From Azolla caroliniana (lineage: Eukaryota > Plantae > Polypodiophyta): DNA of 64,000 bases. The position numbers and the translations under genes were made by a program. The notes below the pieces were generated by a model. The model had not been told where the DNA came from. It did not search any database and saw nothing but the letters and a program-made list of their open reading frames with translations. Positions 54,156-64,000 of the stretch are shown piece after piece; position 1 is the first letter of the stretch; each line of letters starts with the position of its first letter. The stretch spans positions 5,642,001 through 5,706,000 of the forward strand of contig JBHGNT010000003.1 of the NCBI GenBank assembly GCA_043228905.1, read 5' to 3'.

Positions 54156-54491
54156 GTTAAAACCCTAAATTTCCAGAAAAGAAAACAAGTATTAAAGATG
54201 GCTATGGGCAACAACAATACACAAAAATATTCCACACAATACACAAGATTAGACACAACAATACACAAGATAATCAATAGACAGAAAAGTTATTGCAATC
54301 CAAGACCGAACAGTAGAGGATTTCACTCTGTTGGATCCAACAGTTGAGGAGGCGATCCAAGACCGACCAATGGCAACAACTGAGTGTAGAATGTTGCCGT
54401 TGGATGAGTGAACTCCGTCAAATCGAAATGTGGAAGCAATCCGGGACTGGACAGTAGTGGCAACTGAGTATAGAATGATGGCAATGGAGGA

Positions 54492-55225
54492 GAGAACCCC
54501 GTCAGATTGAACAGTTACCGATGATGCTTGAAACGCACATAGAAGGCACTTGAGAATAGAGTGGCATAGAGAAGAGAACCCCGTCAGATTGAACAGTTAC
54601 CAATGATGCTTGAAACGCACAGTAGCGGCCCCTGAGTGAGAGTGGAAAAGAGAAGAGAACCCCGTCAGATTGAACAGTTACCAATGATGCTTGAAACGCA
54701 CAGTAGCGGCCCCTGAGTGAGAGTGGAAAAGAGAAGAGAACCCCGTCAGATTGAATAGCTCTTTGATTATGCTTGAAACGCACAGTAGCAACCCCTGAGT
54801 GTAGAGTGGCAAAGAGAAGAGAACCCCGTCAGATTGAACAGCTCTTTGATGATGCTTGGAACGCACAGCAGCGGCCCCTGAGTGTAGAGTGGCACAGAGA
54901 AGAGAACCCCCTCAGATTGAACAGCTCTTTGATGATGCTTGGAACGCACAGTAATGGCCCCTGAGTGTAGAGTGGCACAGAGAAGAGAACCCCCTCAGAT
55001 TGAATAGCTCTTTGATGATGCTTGGAACGCACAGTAATGGCCCCTGAGTGTAGAGTGGCACAGAGAAGAGAACCCCGTCAGATTGAACAGCTCTTTGATG
55101 ATGCTTGGAATGCACAGTAGTGGCCCCTGAGTGTAGAGTGTCACAGAGAAGAGAACCCCGTCAGATTGAGCAGCTCTTTGATGATGCTTGGAACGCACAG
55201 TAGCGGCCCCTCAGTGTAGAGTGGC
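54492..55225. repeat. ~9 copies of an 81-83-bp tandem repeat upstream of the transposase
   Basis: gagaagagaacccc(g/c)tcagattgaacagctctttgatgatgcttggaacgcacag...cccctgagtgtagagtggcaca. Confidence 0.95.
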
Positions 55226-56223
55226 GGCAGATGGACTCGATAGGGTTTAGCAACAGTGGTAGCAACTAACCCACAGTACTCAACTAGAGATGGCCTACGT
55301 GATGTGGCAAAGGATCATGCATAATGGACCTAGGAATTCGATATATAATTTATGGTACACATTTATGGTGCACACATCAATTTATGTTGCACATTTATGG
55401 CACTCATTTACATATGTAATTAAAACACTCTAGTATTTTCAATGGTAGTTTTTTGCATACTTAATTTATTAATGATGGCTTTTTACTAAAATGACTATTT
55501 ATCAATGGTAGCTTTTTGCATAGCTAATTAGCTATGTCAAGGACATAGCTAATTGTTTCCACTCGCATGCTTTCACCCAGATAGGTAGGCACAAATGTTA
55601 AATCCTAGGTAGCAATATTCTATAAGGGAAATTGAGGAGTATCTCTGTCCGAAAGGACAGAGAATTAATGTGATGTAAACGGGTGAAACGGCCTCCCTCC
55701 TTGAGCTATAAAAGAGAGGGAGACGGGGGAGAGAAGATATCGCGCGCTAGAAGGAACGAAGTGTTGTCGGACTGGGACCGAGCTCTTCTTCTCTATCGTT
55801 GTCCATAACTTTCTTTTGTCTAGGTTCTCACGAGGCTGATTTTGCTCCGTGGAACGCCCGTGTGCTTCCGGCAGAATCTCCATCTTGCTCTCCTGTGTGC
55901 GTGGGTGATCAGGCATCGACATCCACCTCGCCGACCTGATCGGCTGTAACCGTTCGAGTCGTCTGCATACATACAAATACATGCTTATATTTACATACAT
56001 ACTGTAGTGTTCTCAACTCGCGTCTCCTGTGTTGTTGTGCCGCGTCCCCGTGCGCTTCTTTGTCTATACGTGAGTGAGCGTCTCTCTCTCTCTCTCTCTC
56101 TCTTTTTCCTCACCTATTCCTCGGTCCAAGACCCCAGTGGTCCCGCCTTGTTCTCCACGCACGCGCGTAACAACGCGACATATTTGGTGAACCCGACGTG
56201 AACAGGCGGCAGAGGAGTAGAAG

Positions 56224-58304
56224 ATGAGGGGATCGGACCTCGCAGAAGCCATGGCTTCGGCTGTGGACCGTATAGTGAGTGCGCGCGAAGGCACCGGCGC
56301 CCTTGATAGGGCTATCGAGGCGGTTGTCGGTACGATCGGCCGGTTTAGTGGGAAGGATGCCACGAGCTACTTGGCGTCCTACTGGGCTGAGATGGTAATG
56401 AGGGACATTCCGGAAGAGAGGCGTCTAGCTGGATTCCCTCGAGTGGCCATGCCGGGCATCCATACAGAGGTGCTCGAGGTACGGGCCGAGAGCCGGACCT
56501 GGGAGGAGTTCGAAGGTAGGCTCCTCGAAAGATACGGGCTTGAAGATGCGCTTCGACTTTCGAAGCGGGACTTCATGGAGTGGGTGGAGGCCCCCGACAA
56601 AGGAAGGAACGCGTCAGTGCTCCTTCGGGAGTTTGAGGAATGCTTCGCGCGCCTCTCGGTGCTTGACCGGACTATTGTGGACACAAGTCGTGTCCTATTG
56701 TTTGTTAAGTCGGTTGACGAGCGGGATCGGGAGCAGGTAGGCTTCCTATTGGAGACTGATGACGGGCTGACGGCCGACTGGGCCGTGGTCAAAAGGGTCT
56801 GTGGCCGTTTCGACAAACGGCGGGAATGGGTTGACAAAGGATCGACAGGGGCGGGCTCTGTCACAGCAAGGAAGCTCGAGCCAACACCACCAACGCGAAG
56901 GGAAGAGACCCGAGATTGGCTCGAGACCGGGTCGGCTTCAACCGGCATGGTCAATGGCTCGTTCGGGGGAGGTGCTCTGGAGGAGCTGACGCGGATGGTA
57001 AAGGATCTCCAGATCGCCCAAGCACGGAGGGATGGTGGCGAACAGGCCCATGATCGACGACCTCTGGCTGAAAACAGGTGCATGTGGTGTGACGCGGTTG
57101 GGCACATCCGAAAGGACTACGGGGACTTCGCCGAGGCGATGAGAATCAACGTGGTGTACCTGTGGAACGGTCGGGTGCACGCCAGCGAGACCCGAAGGGC
57201 CCTGAACCTGAACGTTGGGCAAGGGGGTATGAAAAGGCTGATGGAGGAGGTGGCGGCTCGTCACGCGGAGACCGTCCACTACTCGGCGTTAGCTGGTATT
57301 CGGGTCGGAGGTGGCAAGGCCCCGAAGACGAACAAAGTCGGGTTCTGGCCGACGATGCTGGAAGGCCTTGCCGGCGCACGGCTAAGGAAAGAAGAGGTGG
57401 ATTGCGCGGAGGTAAACGGGTGGAGTGACCCGGTGGAAGAAAAGACGGGCTTCGTCGAAGCCGCTTGTCAAAACTACGAGGCTCTGGTAGAGGACAAGCG
57501 GGTAGGGAAACCCGGAGGGGCCGGGCCCTCGCAGCAATATGAAACTCGATTCGGGCAAAGACGGAATGAGGCCGGTGTAACCGACGCCTAGGATAATCCC
57601 AAGAAGGGCGGGTACCGGCTAGGCACAGAAATCGAAAGATCCACGGACATGCGAGAGGTCCTGGAAGAACAAATCCTCGACAACAAGGTGGAACTGTCGC
57701 TGAGGGAAGTGCTCGGGATCGCCAAGAAGGAGTTCCACGACTGTCGACTGAGACAGAACCGGAGAAGCCGGTGGAGGTGTGGACGGCGCACATAGAGGAC
57801 ATGGCGCTGGAAGTCGAGTTGGCGGAGAGCCACTATTTGAGGCCGCACTCGGCCAGAGCGACCACGGAGACCCCCGTGAAGATCGGAGATGTTCATGAAC
57901 CGGTGCTGGCGTTGGTGGACCATGGTTCAGAAATCAATTTGATGTCCATGGACTTCTATAAGAAGGGAAAATGGCCGATCAACACTAAGCACAGGTGGAA
58001 AATACGTGCAGCGACGCTTGCCGTCGAAGAGTTGCATGGAGCTTGCCTAAATGTACGAGTAAAGATCGGCGATGTCGAGATTGACCAACACTTCTTCATA
58101 CAGGAGACGTCCTCACATCCGGTTATACTAGGAGAACCGTACATCACGGCAGCACGGATGGAGACCAAGGTGCTGGACAACGGCTCGGCCTATGCAAGGG
58201 TCAAGAGCTAGGATGGGTGTCACTCGGTCCAGTTCCTGACGATGAGACCGAACCATGAGCGGAACCGTGAGACCCTCGGGGGCGAAAGGCGAGAGGATTT
58301 TTAG
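56224..58304 (+). pseudogene. Gypsy E gag-protease
   Basis: ORF 56224-57591 (CMWCDAVGH) and ORF 57771-58211 (LVDHGSEIN). Premature TAGs where B has CAG. Confidence 0.9.
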
Positions 58305-61300
58305 AGAGGGCTATCAAGGCGTGGGGCCGCGATAGTCCGGACACTCCAGGAAAACCCCACAAGTGTATGATAGCGAAGAAGACCTGTACTATAAGTAGGG
58401 AATTTTGGTTCTCCGACAACGGAGGGTGTACGATAGTCGACGTTGTTGGCAAGAAGAAGAAAAGGGCGGAGGAGCAACTTCAGGCATGTGGTATCCTCGG
58501 CCTTGGAGAGGAAATCAACGGAGCCGTGGAGGCGGTCTCTTTCGTCGATACCTTGGGGGAGCTGCGAGAGGTAGTCGGAGGAGTCCTTAAAGAGGACCAA
58601 ACGATTCCGGTATGTTCGGAAAAGATGTACGAAGTCATCGCAGACTTCAGTAGAGGGCTCGAGTCAGATCGGACGGCCTGGGTGGACACGAGGTACAAGA
58701 CTGTGGACCGGAAGGTGAGGCAGTCGCGGCTCCCTTGCCGGAGGGCAGCGAGTTGCGAATAAAAGGGGTTGCGTCGGACCCGAGTTTACGAAATCCAGCC
58801 CGCATAGGACACACGTTCACCGACATAACGCTACGGGAGCTCAAGGTCGGTGGGGCGGCTTCCTACTGCCGGCGGAGGAGGACCGGTTTCGGGGAATGCT
58901 CGGAAGGCACGGGAAGGCTTTCGCATTCTCACCGGAGGAGATCGGGTGCGTAGACCTGACAGTCGTGGAACCAATGGTGATATTCACGGTACCGCATGTG
59001 CCGTGGAGTCTCAAACCGATTCCAGTACCTAGAGCTCACATCCCGAAGCTGATGAAGCTGTTAAAGCAGAAGGTCGAGATGGGAATCCTCGAACCGTCGA
59101 GTGCCCCATACTCGAATCGGTGGTTTACCGTGCCGAAGAAGGACGGCACGCTGCGCTTTATTCAAGACCTGCAACCGGTCAAAAAGGTGACCATTCGAAA
59201 CGCAGGAATCGAACCGACAATAGACAAGTTCGCGGAGGCCTTCGCCGGAAGGTCGATTTACTCGGTCCGTGATCTCTACTCGGGGTACGATCAGTTCCAG
59301 CTTGCCGTAAAGAGCAGAGACATCACAACAATGCGAACTCCTCTCGGCCTAGTACGAATGTGTACCCTGCCGGACGGATGCCCGATGGAGGAAAGGGACG
59401 AGAGGATCGGACCGGACGGATGCCGGAAATTCGTGGCGACGCACATCGATGACTTCGAGAAGGTGCTAGAGAGGTTGGAGGGCGCGAGGCTCACCTTCTG
59501 AAAATCGGCCTTCGGGCAATCAGAGATCATGGTCGTCGGACACCTATGCGGGCCGTATGGCCGGAAATCGTCTCTGGCTAAGGTAGAAGCCATCTCCGCG
59601 ATGAAGATTGATTGTAGCTCGGTCACAGAGGTTTCGAGGTTCTTGGGAGCGTGCGCGTTCTACCACATATGGATCCCGCATTACGCTCACGTCGCGGAGC
59701 CGTTATACGAGTTACTGAAAAAGGGGCAAAAATTCAAGTGGAAAGACGAGCATACGGAGTTTGTCCGGAAGATGAAGGAAGCATTTGCCGCGGCTCCGAT
59801 GCTCCGAAAGGCTGTCTACGGAAAGAGCACTCCAATTTACGTAATGGTAGACACGAGTCCGACCGGGATCGGATGGGTCGTCAACCAAGAGGACGAGGAC
59901 GGCGTGCGTTCCCCGATCCGGTTCGGCACAAAGGTCCTCAGCGAGCGACAACGAGGATACGCCCAGGTTAAACGCGAGCTCTGGGGTATCGTTTCAGCGG
60001 TAAAGGCCGATAAGGACTACCTGATTGGGACAGAGGTAATTATCGAGACGGACTGCCTACCGATCCTTGGCATGGTTTCCGGATGCGTGATGCGGGACCT
60101 GGCAATGCTCAGGTGGATAGCGTACATCAAGTCCCCGAATCCGGAAATACGACACATTTCCGGGAAAGACAACGCCATGGCCGACATGCTTTAAAGGGCG
60201 AGGTTTGAAAACGACGGCGGTATGGTTTCAGAGGACGAGGAAGTCGGCGTGGACTTCTTCGAGGCGGCTTATCTAACAACCGGCAGGGAATGCTCTCCAA
60301 CGCTTAACGATTTCGACGAGAGCAAGTACGACGGGGAGTGGTTGTAGATCGACGGGTTCCTGAAAACAATGACACCGGACACGGCATGGACAACGGACGA
60401 GGCCAACCAGATTCGAAAGAAAGCCTACTGATTCTTTCTCTAGGACGGGTACATATGGAAGCACCCGAAGACGAGGAACGACATCCCGCTCCGAGTGGTG
60501 GCGAAGGAGGAACAGGAAGATTTGCTGGCGGCATACCACGATAGCCCGTGGGCTGGACACCGTGGAACGTGGGCCACGTTCGAAAAGCTAAAGGGGAAGT
60601 ACTGGTGGCCGGGACTATACCGGGACGTGCATCGGTTCGTGACGACTTGCGAAGGCTGTCAGGTGCACTCCATGATCCGACATCGAGACGAGCTTCACCC
60701 GACCTACCCTCCGACCGTCCACTTCAAGTGGATGGTGGATTTGGTGATGATGCCAGTGGGGGTAGGACAGATGTGGTATCTGGTGCTGGCTCGGGAAGAT
60801 CTAACGAACCAGGTTGAAGGCCGAGCCCTGCCGAACAAGACGACGGCAACCGTGTGCCGGTTTTTGGTTGAGGACGTAGTATGCCGATATGGGTGCGTAG
60901 GGAAGATCGTGGCTGACTGTGGTGAGTTGGACGCAGAAGAGGCCGAAGAGCTGTTCGACCGGCTAGGAGTCAAACTTTCGCTCACCACAGCGTACAATTC
61001 GGAGGCGAACGGGAAGGTGGAGCGCGGACACGGGCCAATTGTCAAAGCGCTAGTACGGGCGTGCGGAGGCCGAGTCGGGGACTGGCCACGGCTGCTACCT
61101 TATGCCTTGTGGGCGGACCGGACTACGCACAATTCGGTAACCGGGTTCATGCCGGCGGAGCTTATGTTCGGACAGAAGTTGATCATGCCAACAGAGCGAA
61201 CGATCTCCTCGTGGGCCACGGTGGACTGGAGGGAAGAGATGAACCGAGAGGAACTCCTGGCGGCGCGGATTCGACAGCTCGAGTGGAGGCCGGAGGACGT

Positions 61301-61673
61301 AGAGCGAGCCGTGGAGAAACTTCGGGTAGCGAGGATAAGGAACAAAGCCCGGTTCGACCGAACACACCGGTTCAGGCCAAGGAGGATCGAGGAAGGCGAT
61401 TGGGTGCTAGTCTACGACAGCAGCCTCGACAATCAGCACAGGGCCACGCGGAAGTTTGCGAGGAGGTGGTTCGGGCCTTACGTAGAAACAGGCGCCAACG
61501 GCAATGGGACGTACCATCTCGCGGAGCTCGACGGTAGGAGAATGGCGATACCGGTAGCGGGGAAGAGGATCAAAGGGTTCAAGAAACGGCACGACGGGGA
61601 GCCAGAGCTAGGGGGCATGGACAACGACGACGAGCAGCCCAAGGCGGAGGATGAACCGGTAAACGAGGAATAA
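58295..61673 (+). pseudogene. Gypsy E pol (RT-RH-INT)
   Basis: ORFs 58367-58762, 58896-59501, 59529-60194 and 60495-61673. The FLDD segment present in B is deleted. Confidence 0.9.
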
Positions 61674-61749
61674 AAGCAAGGATCGGTTTTCTCCCGTAGG
61701 AACCCAATTTTGGCGCATACCGGTGGATGCGCGGTTAGGTGGGGGCGGA

Positions 61750-62407
61750 TGTCGTGAAAAAAACCGTCCCCAGGCGCAAACCGTGTATAGTGTGTGTGAA
61801 CCGGCCCTTACACGTGGGCACGTCCCTTGTCGTATAGTAGATAGGTAGGCACAAAGGTTAAATCCTAGGTAGCAATTTTTTATAAGGGAAATGGAGGAGT
61901 ATCTCTGTCCGAAAGGACAGAGAATTAATGTGATGTAAACGGGTGAAACGGCCTCCCTCCTTGAGCTATAAAAGAGAGGGAGACGGGGGAGAGAAGATAT
62001 CGCGCGCTAGAAGGAACGAAGTGCTGTCGGACTGGGACCGAGCTCTTCTTCTCTGTCGTTGTCCATAGCTTTCTTTTGCGTAGGTTCTCATGAGGCTGAT
62101 TCTGCTCCGTGGAACACCCGTTTACTTCTGCCAGAATCTCCATCTTGCTCTCCTGTGTGCGTGGGTGATCAGGCGTCGTCATCCACCTCGCCGACCTGAT
62201 CGGTTGTAACCGTTCGAGTCGTCTGCATACATACAAATACATGCCTATATTTACATACATACTCTAGTGTTCTCAACTCGCGTCTCCTGTGTTGTTGTGC
62301 CGCGTCTCTCTCTCTCTCTCTCTCTCTCTCTTTTCCTCACCTATTCCTCGATCCAAGACCCCAGTGGTCCCGCCTTGTTCTCCACGCACGCGCGTAACAA
62401 CGCGACA
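61750..62407 (+). repeat. 3' LTR of Gypsy E
   Basis: TGTCGTG...CGCGACA; matches the split 5' LTR. Confidence 0.95.
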
Positions 62408-63119
62408 GCGGTTCTGGCTTGGTTGGTGTCGAGGATGAACATTCTCCCTTCATGGTGCCCTTGCACGATAATTTGCCCTTCCTCATCGATGTAGCACCCG
62501 AGGTGCGTGAATCGAACTTGCATCCCCTAGTCGACGATTTGACCGACCGACCCCAGGTTCTTGGTTATTGTCAGTATTTGCAACATGTTCATGAGTTTCC
62601 CTTTCTGCCCGACGTGGTTGAGGGGAACTTCGTCGACATTTTTGATGGTATGCAGAGTGTCGTTTCCAGTTTCGACCACTCCTTGCTTTTCCGGTTTCTC
62701 CAGGTACGAGAACCATTCCTCGTGACTTGTCATATGATTCAACGCTCCAGAATCAACATACCACACCTTACTTGGCCGATCACATTGGCCTTGTGCTTCA
62801 TTACAAAGGCTGGGTCCGATCCATTTTCGGCTCGTTCGGAGCCCTCGACGTAGTGCAATTTCTGACGCCTTCCTGCGTCTCTTCCGCTCGATTTGGCTTT
62901 GTCCGAATCAGCTCTATTTTTCTAGCACTCACTCTCTATGTGGCCTTTCTTGCCACAATACTAGCAATCCGTCACGACCTTCTCTTGCCGGCTTCCGACA
63001 CCGCTATGACTCCCCCTGCTTCCGGTGGGTTCGGAATTGCTTGCGACATTTCGATTATGCCGCACGTTTTGCTCTTTTCGGCCGCCTCCATTGCACGCCA
63101 ATGCCACGAACGGGTGGAA

Positions 63120-64000
63120 TGAGGCTAAGTACTAAGAGAGAGCGAGAGCATAAGCAAGATCACAAGATTGTCAAGGACAAGTAGACGAGGCTTAATATTA
63201 AGAGATAGCGGGAGAGAGCATAGACAAGAGAACAAGCAAGAGAGAGGATGGACAAATAAACAAGAACTGTATATGCTTTCATAACTGGTGTTGTTCACCT
63301 TGATTGTAATCAAGGTGCACCCCAGTATTTATACAAGAATGTGGAGGTATGCATGAAAGCTAGAAGACTTCCAGAGAGTGCATGGAAACTTCTAGAGAGT
63401 GCATGAAAATGCATTCTCTAGAAGGTTCTTGAAAGTTCTAGTGATCAATCTAGAATGAAATAAGTTGAGTCTTACACCATATAATAATGCATAGATGGAT
63501 GTAGCTCAATTGGTAAGGTTGCCCAATAAGTCCAGAAGGTCATGGGTTCAACCCCCACCATTCCATGTGGCATCTTGTCTATGACATTATCCTCCCTCTA
63601 AGGCCGCCTCCTTGCACCCGGTTTTTGTGGATAACGTTCATGAAATGCTCGAACTATGTCTGGGGCATGCTTGAGATGATGTGTCGATTCCCATGTTGCT
63701 TCGGAGATCGGGTACCCTTTCTAGAGGTCAAGGTATTCAAGTTGGCGATGGAAGAGACGAGAGTTGAGAATTTGGTCGACCTCATATTCTTCTCCGGTTG
63801 AGAGTTGGATTGGTGGTGGAGGAGTTGGGTGTCGACCGGGTATTTCAGATATATGGCGAGGTTCTAGAAGGGAGACATGGAATACATTATGAATACGAAT
63901 GTGGGATGGTAGCTCTAAGCAGACAGCCATGGAACCAATTTTCTCAATGATTTGGAAAGGTTCTAACTTCTTGTAATCAATCTTCGAACAATGGAAAGTC
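63120..64000 (-). mobile_element. Chromovirus (Tcn1-like Gypsy) G, 3' end: integrase tail with chromodomain, PPT, 3' LTR
   Basis: IHNVFHVSLL and EEYEVDQILNSR...EYL...KGY...EATWE chromodomain. PPT at ~63590-63598. LTR runs from 63586 to ~63120 (alternative boundary 63169). Confidence 0.85.

Larger units (their letters stand above)
43832..55578 (-). mobile_element. 11.7-kb Sola2-type DNA transposon H with cargo gene
   Basis: ~25-bp TIR GGGT(A/G)AAAGCATGCGAGTGGAAACA. 4-bp TSD AGAT (43828-31, 55579-82), confirmed by the empty site in the 3' LTR of E. GRG termini, a 4-bp TSD and the transposase motifs fit Sola2. Confidence 0.88.
43739..62407 (+). mobile_element. Gypsy LTR retrotransposon E (same family as B), 5' LTR split by DNA transposon H
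   Basis: 5' LTR 43739-43831 plus 55583-56180; 3' LTR 61750-62407. 4-bp TSD GCGG. PBS TGGTGAACCCGACGTGA at 56185-56201 (tRNA-Trp type). PPT at ~61736-61749. Confidence 0.95.
39880..63119 (-). mobile_element. Copia (Ty1) LTR retrotransposon F, interrupted by E and G; 5' part outside the window
   Basis: 3' LTR 39880-40294 (TGTT..AACA) with PPT. RH: CDN, KHI.VHYHF. RT: SLYGLKQAPRAW, YVDD. INT: LIHSDVWG. Gag-pre-INT: LWHKQFGH. Resumes after E with PR WYVDSGA and knuckle C*YCGKKGH. Confidence 0.92.

Noticed and set aside
54492-55225. CRISPR-like array or repeated small ORFs
   Set aside because: Whole units repeat with no unique spacers, there are no cas genes, and the context is eukaryotic. The ORFs are by-products of the repeat.
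43832-55578. CACTA, hAT or Mutator classification of H
   Set aside because: GGG termini, a 4-bp TSD and the DFAENY / SDG / HGK..DG motifs do not fit those superfamilies.
63496-63565. Functional tRNA gene
   Set aside because: No convincing anticodon arm or full acceptor stem; kept only as a tRNA-like motif.

Overview
Eukaryotic, intron-containing and TE-dense window, most consistent with a non-seed land plant such as a moss (inference from the TE families and a TORNADO1-like gene). There is one apparently intact host gene: a two-exon LRR-Roc-COR (ROCO/TORNADO1-like) gene on the minus strand, 8889-12776. A degenerate L1-type LINE lies at about 2082-7390. The rest is two nests of transposons that can be resolved by their target-site duplications (TSDs). 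Nest 1 (16.4-39.0 kb): a putative hAT-type MITE contains Gypsy A (220-bp LTRs, 4-bp TSD, GGGAAAC -1 frameshift). A contains solo LTR D and Gypsy B (640-bp LTRs), and B contains Gypsy C. C has TG..CA ends, a 5-bp TSD, gag-pol and an extra ORF, but no paired LTRs, and its PBS lies 11 nt from the element end. Nest 2 (39.3-64 kb): a LINE 3' remnant is interrupted by Copia F, which contains Gypsy E (same family as B) and chromovirus G. The 5' LTR of E contains an 11.7-kb Sola2-type DNA transposon, H. H carries an intact spliced transposase and a convergent multi-exon cargo gene (RING finger plus FCP1/NIF-like phosphatase domain). Its introns are filled with arrays of the palindrome TAGCTAATTAGCTA and with telobox-like repeats. 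H and the LTR-less Gypsy C are the best candidates for undescribed systems. All coordinates and counts were read by eye and no database searches were run.
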